From NCBI RefSeq assembly GCF_009914755.1, contig NC_060927.1: DNA of 64,000 nt. The stretch is one strand, 5' to 3'. The notes under the pieces are model-generated. The model ran no database searches. It was not told the DNA's origin and saw nothing but the letters and a program-made list of their open reading frames with translations. Shown in pieces: positions 17,307-33,795 of the stretch. The position numbers and the translations under genes are program-made. The stretch's first letter is position 1, and the number at the start of each line of letters is the position of its first letter. This DNA comes from the human T2T-CHM13v2.0 reference genome, Homo sapiens.

Positions 17307-18213
17307 GGGGGGAGGAGCCAACATGGCCGAATAGGAACAGCTCCGGTCTACAGCTCCCAGCGTGAGCGTCGCAGAAGACGGGTGATTTCTGCATTTCCAT
17401 CTGAGGTACCGGGTTCATCTCACTAGGGAGTGCCAGACAGTGGGCGCAGGCCAGTGGGTGTGCGCACTGTGCGCGAGCCGAAGCAGGGCGAGGCATTGCC
17501 TCACCTGGGAAGCGCAAGGGGTCAGGGAGTTCCCTTTCCGAGTCAAAGAAAGGGGTGATGGACGCACCTGGAAAATCGGGTCACTCCCACCCGAATACTG
17601 CGCTTTTCAGACCGGCTTAAAAAACGGTGCACCACGAGACTATATCCCACACCTGGCTCGGAGGGTCCTACGCCCACAGAATCTCACTGATTGCTAGCAC
17701 AGCAGTCTGAGATCAAACTGCAAGGCGGCAGCGAGGCTGGGGGAGGGGAGCCCGCCATTGCCCAGGCTTGCTTAGGTAAACAAAGCAGCCGGGAAGCTCG
17801 AACTGGGTGGAGCCCACCACAGCTCAAGGAGGCCTGCCTGCCTCTGTAGGCTCCACCTCTGGGGGCAGGGCACAGACAAACAAAAAGACAGCAGTAACCT
17901 CTGCAGACTTAAATGTCCCTGTCTGACAGCTTTGAAGAGAGCAGTGGTTCTCCCAGCACGCAGCTGGAGATCTGAGAACGGGCAGACTACCTCCTCAAGT
18001 GGGTCCCTGACCCCTGACCCCCGAGCAGCCTAACTGGGAGGCACCCCCCAGCAGGGGCAGACTGACACCTCACACGGCCAGGTACTCCAACAGACCTCCA
18101 GCTGAGGGTCCTGTCTGTTAGAAGGAAAACTAACAAACAGAAAGGACATCCACACCGAAAACCCATCTGTACATCACCATCACCAAAGACCAAAAGTAGA
18201 TAAAACCACAAAG
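17307..18213 (+). promoter_or_regulatory. L1 5'UTR: CpG-rich internal sense and antisense promoter
   Basis: Position upstream of ORF1, locally high CpG density, YY1-type site caacatggccg near the 5' end (consensus caagatggccg). Confidence 0.85.
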
Positions 18214-19230
18214 ATGAGGAAAAAACAGAACAGAAAAACTGGAAACTCTAAAACGCAGAGCGCCTCTCCTCCTCCAAAGGAACGCAGTTCCTCACCAGCA
18301 ACGGAACAAAGCTGGATGGAGAATGACTTTGACGAGCTGAGAGAAGAAGGTTTCAGATGATCAAATTACTCTGAGCTATGGGAGGACATTCAAACCAAAG
18401 GCAAAGAAGTTGAAAACTTTGAAAAAAATTTAGAAGAATGTATAACTAGAATAACCAATACAGAGAAGTGCTTAAAGGAGCTGATGGAGCTGAAAACCAA
18501 GGCTCGAGAACTACGTGAAGAATGCAGAAGCCTCAGGAGCCGATGCGATCAACTGGAAGAAAGGGTATCAGCAATGGAAGATGAAATGAATGAAATGAAG
18601 CGAGAAGGGACGTTTAGAGAAAAAAGAATAAAAAGAAATGAGCAAAGCCTCAAAGAAATATGGGACTATGTGAAAAGACCAAATCTACGTCTGATTGGTG
18701 TACCTGAAAGTGATGCGGAGAATGGAACCAAGTTGGAAAACACTCTGCAGGATATTATCCAGGAGAACTTCCCCAATCTAGCAAGGCAGGCCAACGTTCA
18801 GATTCAGGAAATACAGAGAACGCCACAAAGATACTCCTCGAGAAGAGCAACTCCAAGACACATAATTGTCAGATTCACCAAAGTTGAAATGAAGGAAAAA
18901 ATGTTAAGGGCAGCCAGAGAGAAAGGTCGGGTTACCCTCAAAGGGAAGCCCATCAGACTAACAGCGGATCTCTCGGCAGAAACTCTACAAGCCAGAAGAG
19001 AGTGGGGGCCAATATTCAACATTCTTAAAGAAAAGAATTTTCAACACAGAATTTCATATCCAGCCAAACTAAGCTTCATAAGTGAAGGAGAAATAAAATA
19101 CTTTACAGACAAGCAAATGCTGAGAGATTTTGTCACCACCAGGCCTGCCCTAAAAGAGCTCCTGAAGGAAGCGCTAAACCTGGAAAGGAACAACCGGTAC
19201 CAGCCGCTGCAAAATCATGCCAAAATGTAA
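18214..19230 (+). pseudogene. L1 ORF1p with premature stop at codon 49
   Basis: ATG at 18214 and a 339-codon frame to TAA at 19230; in-frame TGA at 18358-18360 where the consensus has CGA. The ORF track only picks up M91 onward (18484), with REKG, ARR and YPAKLS motifs present. Confidence 0.93.
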
Positions 19231-19278
19231 AGACCATCGAGACTAGGAAGAAACTGCATCAACTAACGAGCAAAATAA

Positions 19279-23121
<3,843 letters not shown>

Positions 23122-24104
23122 ACAATGAGATCACATGGTCACAGGAAGGGGAATATCACACTCTGGGGACTGTGGTGGGGTGGGGGGAGGGGGGAGGGGT
23201 AGCATTGGGAGATACACCTAATGCTAAATGACTAGTTAGTGGGTACAGCGCACCAGCATGGCACATGTATACATATGTAACTAACCTGCACAATGTGCAC
23301 ATGTACCCTAAAACTTAAAGTATAATAAAAAAAAAAAAGCTTAAAAATAAAAAAAAATAAAAAAAAAATAAAAAAAAAAAGAAACCTTGTACTTGGAAAG
23401 GTTGAGAACCACAGGTCTAGGTTATGCCACATCATCAAAATGTCATCTCTGCCTCCCTGAGTTCCCTGGCAAGCAAGAAAGGGCACTTGAGTCAAGAATA
23501 CACAAAGACTAAAAGTGCTCCTGCTAAGCCTTCTCTTCTAAAGGGCTCTGGTAGTCATTGCCTGAGTTTGTCCACATTTGTGAAATCTGTTTCAGCAAAA
23601 AGGTCAGCCCTTTGGCCAGAAACAGCTTAAACCATTGTGGACAAAGATTTCCTTCTTTTTGAATATAGATAAATTGAGAGAAGGTAGTTGACCACAAGGC
23701 TTACACTGTTGCAATGTTTCCAAATTCCAGCGATGTCTTTCTAAATATTTAGTTTCATTTAGAGGCTTTTCAATTAGGTGCTAAAATATTAGCAACTTCA
23801 CCCACTAGTCACCTGCTGTCACTATAAGCACATTCTAACATTCATGCAACAAATACATATGCACATACATACACTGCAATGAACACTGGAGGTGAAATGG
23901 TGAACATAAGAAACAGTAAAGCCATTGTGGAACTCCATATCAAGAAGAAAGCTCTGGAATCTCATTAGATTCCAGTTTTCTGGAAATTTCTAAATAAAGG
24001 ATACTACTATCAAGAAGACATAAGCTCTGTGTTATTTATTCTTTCTGTGTCTATAAGCATAGTTAAAAAGTTAACATAGCAGCCCTTCAAATATCTGCAT
24101 CATT

Positions 24105-24431
24105 ATCAGTGATGGAGATAAGGCTTCGGCAGAACCAGTGCAATGGGTTTGTTTATAAAATCCAGTTTCATTTTGCTCTGCCTGAAAACACAAGACTCCG
24201 TTTCCAAATTTCCCTTGCTAAGGTCACAGCTGTGTAATCTGTCTGTCTTGTGAAAATGTGAATGAAACTGATAGATGTAACTTACAGTCAGAAGTAAAAG
24301 GGGGTATATGTTCTCCACCTTTCTTCTAAGACCATTAAAGACCCAATGCTAAAGTCACATTAGTAAGAAATAAACATTTCTATGATAAGTTTCTGTTATT
24401 TCACATCTTAATTTGCTACCTAACTAATACA
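24105..24431 (+). mobile_element. Old MLT1-type MaLR LTR remnant
   Basis: 3' end agtaagaaataaacatttct...cctaactaataca resembles MLT1 LTR termini; the 5' boundary is uncertain. Confidence 0.45.
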
Positions 24432-27400
24432 CAGTGTGTTCTAAACAAGTTACTTTTCCAAATAAGCTGAAGATTAGTCATTAAGCAAAAGGGCATGCAG
24501 ATTTGTACTTTATGATTGAGATCTTTGGAAAGCTTTGTGACTTCTAAGTCACTATGCTTTTTCTGTAGAATGCATACAATATCACATGCTATGCAATATT
24601 ATCATGCAAATTAAGTCAGGGAACTAAATGAATAAATTTGAGTGTGTGTGTGTGTGCATGCGTGTATTCACACTTCAGGTATATAAAACAGCTCAATAAA
24701 TGCTAGTTTCCTCTGTCTTGTATTATTTCTAGCAAATGTAATTTGACTAGCAATTAATTAGATGTTTAGAATAATATAGTTTCAAGGATAAACGGAATCT
24801 GAAAAATACCCAATCCAGTCCTTATTATATAGATGTGCAAACTAAAGTAGAGAAGTAAATGGCATTGCCTACAGTAACATATTTTTTCTATTATACCATC
24901 TGCTATTGAATTAAAGTTAAAAACTGTTAAGAAATTTAATAAATTATTATCCTTTATATTAGATACCATAGCATCAAAATGTGGAATTTAAAGAGTTATT
25001 CATACACACGTTTGGTATTAAAATGGCTGCTCAGTCTTGCCCAAATGTACTGAAATTAGAGGCACAGATATTTCAAGCAGTGGTCAGGTATGGTGACAAT
25101 GAAGTAGTGTCTTTTCTTTATGCAAAGCTAATTGGCTTATGTATAAATTGACTGTACAACTTTGACTTCATTAGTGAATCAAGTAAGTTAATTCGTGCAA
25201 GTAATGTAGCATAGAAATTAACAGCAACAACACTCATCAATATAGACTTTTGTCTGAATTCCAGTTTCAGTATCTTCTAATTCTGGAGCCATATGCAATT
25301 TCACCACTTTTTAGCTTTAGGATGCTAACTCTCAGTTTCCTCCTCTAAGAAATCAGGGTAAGAATATTTGCTATGTAGAATTTTTTTATTATTTAATGAG
25401 TTAAAGTTTGTAAAATCACTTAGTACAGTGTCTAACAAACAGTAAACACCCACTAATGATAATTATCATGATGTGCATTAAATCTATTCTTTTCAGTATA
25501 ATCATACAATGGATAAATCTGGGTATAAATATTCATACTCACATATATATTATGGATGAAAGCATGTTACATCTGCTAAATAGTTTTTGGCACCTCTAAG
25601 AAAATATTATTATAATTGAGTTACCACATAGAATTCCACTGTTGGAAAACATGAGTGAAATCTCATATATAATATAGGCTTAAAGATTAAAATGTGTATA
25701 AACTAAATTTTCAAAAATATTTAAGATGTTAGCATAAACTCTTAAAGGTACTTATTAAATAGCAAATTCTTTTCTCTGCCTTAAGTACAGTATTACCAAA
25801 TTTCACATATTATCAATTACTCACAGTTATTATGACATCAACTATACATGCCACATCTGCTCCTGATGTGGGATACAGAAAGTAAGGAGTATGAACCCAA
25901 AGATATCCTAGACACTTGCTTTCTATTTAAATTGAATAATTAGCTTGCTTTTTACTCATTTACATTTTGCTTGTGAAATTGAAGTCAGTAATGTTGAGCA
26001 GTCTATTCTTCAGGTCAATAGAACACCACTAACTTTTTGAAGAGCAAATTAATAGATTAAAGATTGAAGTAATCAGCCCTGAAATGTTTTACTCACCCTT
26101 CAGAAAATTATCTTTCTAACTTGTGCTTCCAGGATCTTTTGAACTGTTAGCACCATGCAAAACATTTCTTACGATTTCACCATGAGCGTCATTTCTTATT
26201 GTCTTCATTGCTTCTCACATTGCCCTTTTCATGCCTGAACCAAATGAACAAACCTGCCTGTTGAATGTGCATTAGAGTCTGGAATAACTCTCCACTCCAT
26301 AACAGGTGTGAGTTTCAAGATGCCTTTGTGCTTGCTGAGCTATGCTTTCCTTATCCAACCTCCTACTCTGCTTTCATGGGACTGGGAAACTGCCTCAGGT
26401 CCTGATTTATATTCCAGTTTTCTGACTCGGATTGGATCTTGTTTCTGAGCTCCAACAATCACAACAAGGTTCTGAAACAGTCCCAATTTTCCTAAGAGTT
26501 GGACCTTCTCTCCCTTTTGCCAGCAACTGGCTAGAATCCTACTTCAATCCAGATGGATTTCCACACTCCAGAAACCACACAATTCCCATCCACCTGTTTC
26601 TGAGTAGCACTGCTACTGGAAAACTACAGCTGCTGGGGCCCAACCACCTAATTTGAATCTTGGGATATCAACTAAAGCCCAGATAGAGAAAGATTTGCTC
26701 CATCAACTTGGACCCTGAATCAGGTTCCTGCCACCTTACTTGGAGGCCAACTCTCCCACTGATTACGTTTCCCTAGTCCTGGTACTGCCTATTCCTAACT
26801 TATTTTTCTCTTCCTGCAGGCTAAATAATTGAGGGCTCATGGTGCCACATGACCTGCCCCACCAAGTTTATTACAATAAATACCTTTGGCAGCCTAATGC
26901 TGTCTTCTTTCTCTCTGGCACCTTTCATTAATACAGTGTCAATGAAAAGTATCCTCAGTTATACCAAGTATTTCTCCAGAACATTTTGGGCTCATTTCCA
27001 AGTCCCTAATGCCTCACCAGCAAAATAATATGGGATTCTCTACAGTTAGGATACTGAGCTTTAAAAAATGTGTATAGTTCATGTAGAGTCCTCTGTGGAC
27101 CAAGAAAGGGAAGCCTTTGTTGCTAGCTCTTCTCTCACGCCACATTTCTGGAGCTTTCTTTTAGTGCCACTCCCAGCTCCTGGTCTTCCTCCTGTCTTCT
27201 CCTCTCCTGTTTTTTCCCCACTGTTTCTATTGTTTCTATTCTCTGCTTCACTTCTTTTTCTTTTCTTTTTTTCCATCCTCAGTCTGCAATGAAGACCTTC
27301 ATAACATAGCTTTGCATACTTGGAAGTATATCTATAGGACAGATTCCTTAAACTGGACTTACAGGGGCTGTTCAAAACTTTCTAATATGTAATAAAAAGC

Positions 27401-28676
27401 AATGGTGACATCCTACAAAAATGTTTTGCTTTCCATTCCCTGTTAAAAGAGTACAGCTTTCTATACTATTCTAAGTTATGTTAAGAGCATTAGTTGTTGT
27501 GGGAAGGGTGAGAACCTGAGAGGAGGTGGGAGAGAAAGAAAATAATGGAAATAGAGAAAAGAGGAAGAGAGAAAACTGGAAGTTTTTCAGGCAAATTAGA
27601 GAAACATTTGGTGGGGAGGAAAAGATTTAAGCGATGCCCAAGCACAATAGCATTCACTTCCAAATTTAAAATTGTCTGCTGATGGTGGCGGAAAACCTGT
27701 AACTCTTTTTGTAAATCTTATTTTCACTATTATAGTCTTCTCAGGCTGACATAATTACCTTTTGGGGTTTCATCAGCCTTTGGCAAAATTACAGCATCTA
27801 CATTTCAAATATGTTCTATTTCCAGAAAGGAATCTACAGCCTCTTATTTTTTAATACATGGCAGGTGGCTAGCTGTTAACTAACTTTTTTTCCCTAAAGA
27901 ATGACATAATTAACCCAAGTATGTTACATTCCCATTGCTGGATACCCTATAACAAGAAATTGTTAAAATCTGACTTCATTTAATAATAAACTAGTGTTTG
28001 AAATTATTATTTTTTCATAACCTAGCATCTTGCCAAATTCACCCAAGGTTCCCTTTCACATAATAGCCGTCTGTTATTCTCACTCGATTTCACCCTGCAG
28101 CAGGTGACAGCTTTGTTGTCAGTCCACATGAGGATAGACTTTGGAACAAAGAAAAGGAAAATTTATCAAAGTAGGTATCTGTGTCCTTCTTAAAAGTAGT
28201 TTGTCTTCCAATTTCATGTGCACGTAGGCAACTGAAAATGTTTGGCTGACACTCCTCTGGGAAGTATGGTAAAGTTGAGGGAGAGTAGCTGGCCCCTTGA
28301 TGTCAATACCAATGGTGTGTGAGGAATGGCTCAAGGAGAATTCAGAACAGGTGGTACTTAAATTTTAGATTTCCAAGTTTAACCATATCAACTCAACCAA
28401 GGAGATCAGGCCTTTGCCAAGGAAAAAGAAGCCAAATTCTGAGTAGGCTGCTTTATAAATCTGATCCCAGTTGGTTATTTTGCAATGAGAAGCATGCTTT
28501 TGAATGAAAAGCTAGTCTTCTCTATTACCCAGAATAACCCCTGCCTAGAAAGAAGATGGTTTTTAAACAAAATTGTTTGCTAAAACACAGCTATGTCAGC
28601 ATGGAATCAGCAAATGGGGTATAACATGATAAAAATAACAGCACCTGCTCATTTTATTGCTTATGATACTTTACAC

Positions 28677-28883
28677 CAGAGCTGGCAAATTTTTCTCTGT
28701 AAAGCTTCATGTTGTAAATATTTTTAACAGCACAGGCCACAGTCTGTATCACAGATATTCAACTCTGCCTTTGCAGTGTGATGTCACTGTAGAAAAGGTG
28801 AATAAATAAGTAGGCAAGGCTCTTTTTCCCCCCAAAAAAACTGTATATACAAAAACAGGCAGCATGTCAGATTTGCCCTTGGT
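28677..28883 (+). mobile_element. MER58A-like hAT-Charlie MITE
   Basis: cagagctggcaaatttttctctgtaaag...gtaaatattttt...tcaactctgcc...tacaaaaacaggcagc...gatttg matches the recalled MER58A consensus. Confidence 0.75.
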
Positions 28884-30227
28884 CTACTCCACATTCAGGT
28901 GTGCAATAATATATGAGATTTATCACAGTTACCAGAGGTAGATGTGACCTATTTTATAGGTAAAGAAACTGAGATTAGGAGGAATTAAGTGCTTTACCGG
29001 AAGTGGTACGGTAAATAATGCTAAGTTCCTCAAACTAGACTTTGTATTTCAAGTCTCATTCTACTATATCAAAGTTGACTAGTCTGGAGTTTATTTTATC
29101 CAAGAAGTGGTGAAATATCATTAAAAATTTGTATTAATTCAAAATGAAGTATTTTCTTCCACTCTTCAGGATATTTGTGTCAATTGAGTGTTATTACTTT
29201 TCCCTAACAGCATAAGAGAAACACCAAAAATTTAATTCTTTCACTCAATTATTTTTCTAAACTCTAGGTTTATGCTAGGATCTGACTTCGAACATTTAAT
29301 TCCAATATAAGTCGGTGGCACCAAGAAAAGTTTCTTAAATTTCTAAAACTGCATTTATCTTTTTCACAATTTCCAACCATGCTGAGCAGAAGTTATTTTT
29401 TTTTTAACTTACCAATTAAAATATTTCCAACTCCTCTGGTTTCAACAATCCCTTTTCAGTCTCTTCAAAGTTAAACATCCTATTAAGGCTGTTTCAAATT
29501 TACCTCTTTCACATAATGTACTATTTTATAGGTAAGTGCTCAGTCTTTCAGATTTCACTCTTTCTCTTTACTTTTCTCAAGTTTATATGCATGAGAGGGG
29601 TTGACCTTGTCCTTACAGAAGTGGGTGAAGGAGACATGAGGTGAATGTTCCTCAGATCCATGAGGTATTGGATCTCTATTGTCTCTTGTGCAGAATATAT
29701 GAACCCCAGATTGGTGACTGCCAAGAGGCAACAGGCTCCACTAGGCTTTTGGGATGACATGTTGGGAACCCTGCTAGAACTCATAGTACCAACATCTTCA
29801 CCCAGTCTCAAAGTCTATGGTGGCAACTTTGTCTTGACTCCAAGTCTCCGCTACCCAGGGGCAATTTTAACACCTCTTCATTACTTCACTGGGATATACA
29901 GGAAAGTCTGTGATTCCAGAATGCCCTAAAGACCATCTATCTACCTTCTTTACAGCAAAGATATGCATAATTACCACTTGCCATGTTAGCAGTATCTGTG
30001 GGCTAGACTCCCAACTGAGGCTTGAAGACACTCAGGAAACCATGATCAGCCTGAATGGACTCAGGCCCTCTCATAACCATGTCAATTTCTGTTTGCAATT
30101 TTAGACAGATAATAAAGCCCTTCTTCATGATCTGCAGACCCTTCTCTCTGTCCTCTCCTTTGCCATCCTTTACCCACCAACTACCAGGACTGCAAGAAGC
30201 ATATTCTCATTCATTTATTCTTAGTTT

Positions 30228-30310
30228 TTCTGTCTCTGTCTCTGTCTCTCTCTCTTTCTTTCTCTCTCTCTCTCTCTCGCTCTCTCCATCTCTTTCTCTT
30301 TCTCTTCCCT
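30228..30310. repeat. (TC)n-rich microsatellite / polypyrimidine tract
   Basis: tctgtctctgtctctgtctctctctc... read directly. Confidence 0.9.
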
Positions 30311-33059
30311 TCATGAGGCATAACATGAGTGAGGCCAATGAAACTTGCTCTCAGTCATGAGATCTAGATAAAAGAATCTAGAAAATCCTGTTTAACAATG
30401 CCTGGCTTTTAAGACAGTTGTCTTCTGTAAACTTCTATTTGTACGATCAGAAGCTGAATATTCATTCACTTTCTCTTTGATTTCACCTGGCATTCTTAAT
30501 GTCTTTCTGTGGTAGATAGATGCCTAAAGTTAACTGAGAAATTAAATGTGGATATATGCCACACACAAACACACACACACACATATACATACATACCAAA
30601 ATATATACATATTAATACATTTTTAAAGTATAAACACGAATAACATCAGCAAGGTAACTGACTAGAGTGGTCTGGAATTTGCTGCACCCCCTAAACAAAA
30701 AGGAATCAAACAGTGAATAAACAATTATATTTCAACTGGAGCAATTGAGAAAGTATGCTGAAGGAAAATGGCAAAATCTCTGTGGATCATGGAAACCCAA
30801 GATAGCACCATAGAGAAGGGAGCAAGACACCCTGCCCCTGCCAGACTGTCTCCCTCACCAGGATAGGCTTTGAATCAGGAGATATTTCTTCTTATAAGAT
30901 AAAAGTAAGCTGGGGATCCCAAGTGGTCTCCATTGTCACCACAGATGCCAATGATCCTTGCTACAGTACAGCCCCCGTAGTCTTCACAGGCCCTGAATCC
31001 AGTTTGGAGAGTTTCTGGGAATTTGCATACCTCCCAGAATCAGGGTGGTCTCAGAATAGGAGACCCCTTCAACCCCCATGACCTAAGCTGCTATGGCACA
31101 GCACCATCTTGAAAATGGATCTACTGCTAGAATGCATCTGCCATGGGGTTGAGTGGCCACTCTCTCTATCCCTAAGGACCTACTGCCATTCCACTATGTG
31201 AACACTGTTGCCTGCAGCACTATGATCCCACCTACATGAAGCCTAGCCATGGTGGAACAACTGAGACCACAATGTTCAAACCCATGCAATGCCCCATCCC
31301 CACCAACCAGGCCGGAGGCAGCACTGCCTCCTCAGAGAAACCACTGTACAACCAAACAAACTACTGTGTTCATGTGAAACTGCAACTGGCTCAATGGCCA
31401 GTCTAGCAGCAGGCCTACCTCCACAAAGAGACCACCACACAGCTACCCAGCCTCCTGCACCTACACATACCAGGCCTGACCACCATCCCAGCTCTTCCAC
31501 TTTCAGAAAAACCACACCATTGCCATCACAACTGCCATTGCAACTCCCACAGCCTAGTCCACTAAGGCAATCACAGATATAACTGACGAGGATTACAGCT
31601 AAAGAAACTGCACAAAGACCATGCTACTGAGCCCCCTAGAACTAAAGGCAATGCACCACACCCAACTGATGTCCTAGGACGAATCTACAGGAAAAAGTCT
31701 CTCCTTACAAAACCTATTCCATAAATTTAGAAAAAGCAACTGTTCCACTAGATGTGCAGATATCAACATAGGGAAACAGGAAACATAAAAAAGCAAGGAA
31801 ATCTAACACCATGAAAGGAACACAGTAAGTCTCTAGTAGCTGACCCCAAAGAAAAGGATATGTACAAAATACCTGAAAAGTATTTCAAAATAATGTTATG
31901 AAGGAAACTCAGTGAGATACTGGAAAATACAAACAATTCAATGAAATTAGAAAAACTATTATTGATTTGAATAAGAAATTTAACAAATAGATATCATAAA
32001 AAAGAGCTAAAAAGAAATCTTAAAGCTGAAGAATTCAAACAAAAAATACAATTGAAAGCTTCAACCAACCAACTAAATCAAACAGAAGATAAAATTTCTA
32101 TACTTGAATACAGTCCTTTGAAATAACCCAGTCAGAGTGGGGGGGAAAATAAGAATAAAAAAGAATGAACATTGCCGGTGGGATTTATGGGACATAATTA
32201 AACAAATTGTTGCATTGTAGAAGTACCAGAGAGAGAAAAGATGGAGAAAGGCACAGAAAATCTATTTAACAAAATAGTAGCTGGAAATTTCCCAAGTCTT
32301 AGGAGAGATTTTGGACCATATCTGTATTCTCCTGGAAGCTCAGAGGTTACCAATTAGATTCAATCCACAAAGATCCTCTCTGAGGCACTTTATAATCAAA
32401 CTGTCCAAAGTGAAAAACAAAGAGAATTCTAAAAGCTGCAAGAGAAAAGCATCAAGTCACATATAAAGGAATTCCCATTAGACTATCAGCAGATACCTCA
32501 GCAGAAACCTTGCAAGTCAAAAGTGAATGGAATAATATATTTGAAGTGCTGAAAATAAAATTAAAAAACTGTTAGACAGGAATACTATATTCACCAATGC
32601 TATTATTCAGAAATAAAGAAATGAAGACCTTTCCAGATAAACAAAAGCTGAGGGAATTAATCACCACTAAACTAGCCTTACAAGAAATGTCTAAGGAAGT
32701 GCTACAACTGGAAATGGAAAAACAATAATTTTCATCATGAAAACACGTACATCTATAAAACTAACCAATAAAGTTAAATTTATAATCAAACTCAGAATAT
32801 CCCAGAGCTGTAATGGTGCTACATACATCTTTCAGTCCTCTAGTATGAAGGTTCAAAATCAAAATGGTCAGAAACAACAACAGCTCCAATTAGTGGTTCA
32901 GGAATACACAATAGATAAAGATGTAAAATAAGGCAACAAAAGTATAAATTGTCAGGGGGAGGAGAAGAGTCTAGGAGATTTTGATGTGACCAAAGTTGTT
33001 ATTATCTTAACTTTATATTATAACTATTATAGCTAAAAGGCTCTTTATGTTAGTTCCAT

Positions 33060-33795
33060 CCACAATGAGATACCATCTCACACCAGTTAGAATGGCAATC
33101 ATTAAAAAGTCAGGAAACAACAGGTGCTGGAGAGGATGTGGAGAAATAGGAACACTTTTACACTGTTGGTGGGAGTGTAAACTAGTTCAACCATTGTGGA
33201 AGTCAGTGTGGCAATTCCTCAGGGATCTAGAACTAGAAATACCATTTGACCCACCCATCCCATTACTGGGTATATACCGAAAGGACTAGAAATCATGCTG
33301 CTATAAAGACACATGCACACGTATGTTTATTGCGGCACTATTCACAATAACAAAGACTTGGAACCAACCCAAATGTCCAACAATGATAGACTTGATTAAG
33401 AAAATGTGGCACATATACACCATGGAATGCTATGCAGCCATAAAAAATGATGAGTACATGTCCTTTGTAGGGACGTGGATGAAATTGGAAACCATCATTC
33501 TCAGTAAACTATTGCAAGGACAAAAAACCAAACACAGCATGTTCTCACTCATAGATGGGAACTGAACAATGAGAACACATGGACACAGGAAGGGGAACAT
33601 CACACTCTGGGGACTGTTGTGGGGTGGGGGGAGGGGGGAGGGATAGCATTAGGAGATATACCTAATGCTAAATGACGAATTAATGGGTGCAGCACACCAG
33701 CATGGCACATGTATACATATGTAACTAACCTGCACATTGTGCACATGTACCCTAAAACTTAAAGTATAATAATAAAAAAATAAAAATAAAAATAA
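33060..33795 (+). mobile_element. 5'-truncated L1PA3-like insertion nested in the L1MA inter-ORF region
   Basis: Near-identical to the ORF2 C-terminus and 3'UTR of the L1 at 22615-23330; (TAAAAA)n tail. Confidence 0.95.

Noticed and set aside
17290-17517. 75-aa antisense ORF in the L1 5'UTR, possible ORF0
   Set aside because: ORF0 starts at 17758 and is truncated; this is a different, generic antisense frame.
23160-23210. G-quadruplex-forming G-tracts (also ~1210-1245 and ~33610-33645)
   Set aside because: A known standard feature of L1PA 3'UTRs.
27650-28620. Non-repeat stretch with E-box-like motifs (caggtg, cagctg), possible enhancer
   Set aside because: Short motifs alone do not support a call without conservation or chromatin data.
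31276-31582. Pro/Gln/Thr-rich 97-aa ORF
   Set aside because: Falls in the C-rich 5'UTR of the old L1MA; a compositional artefact.
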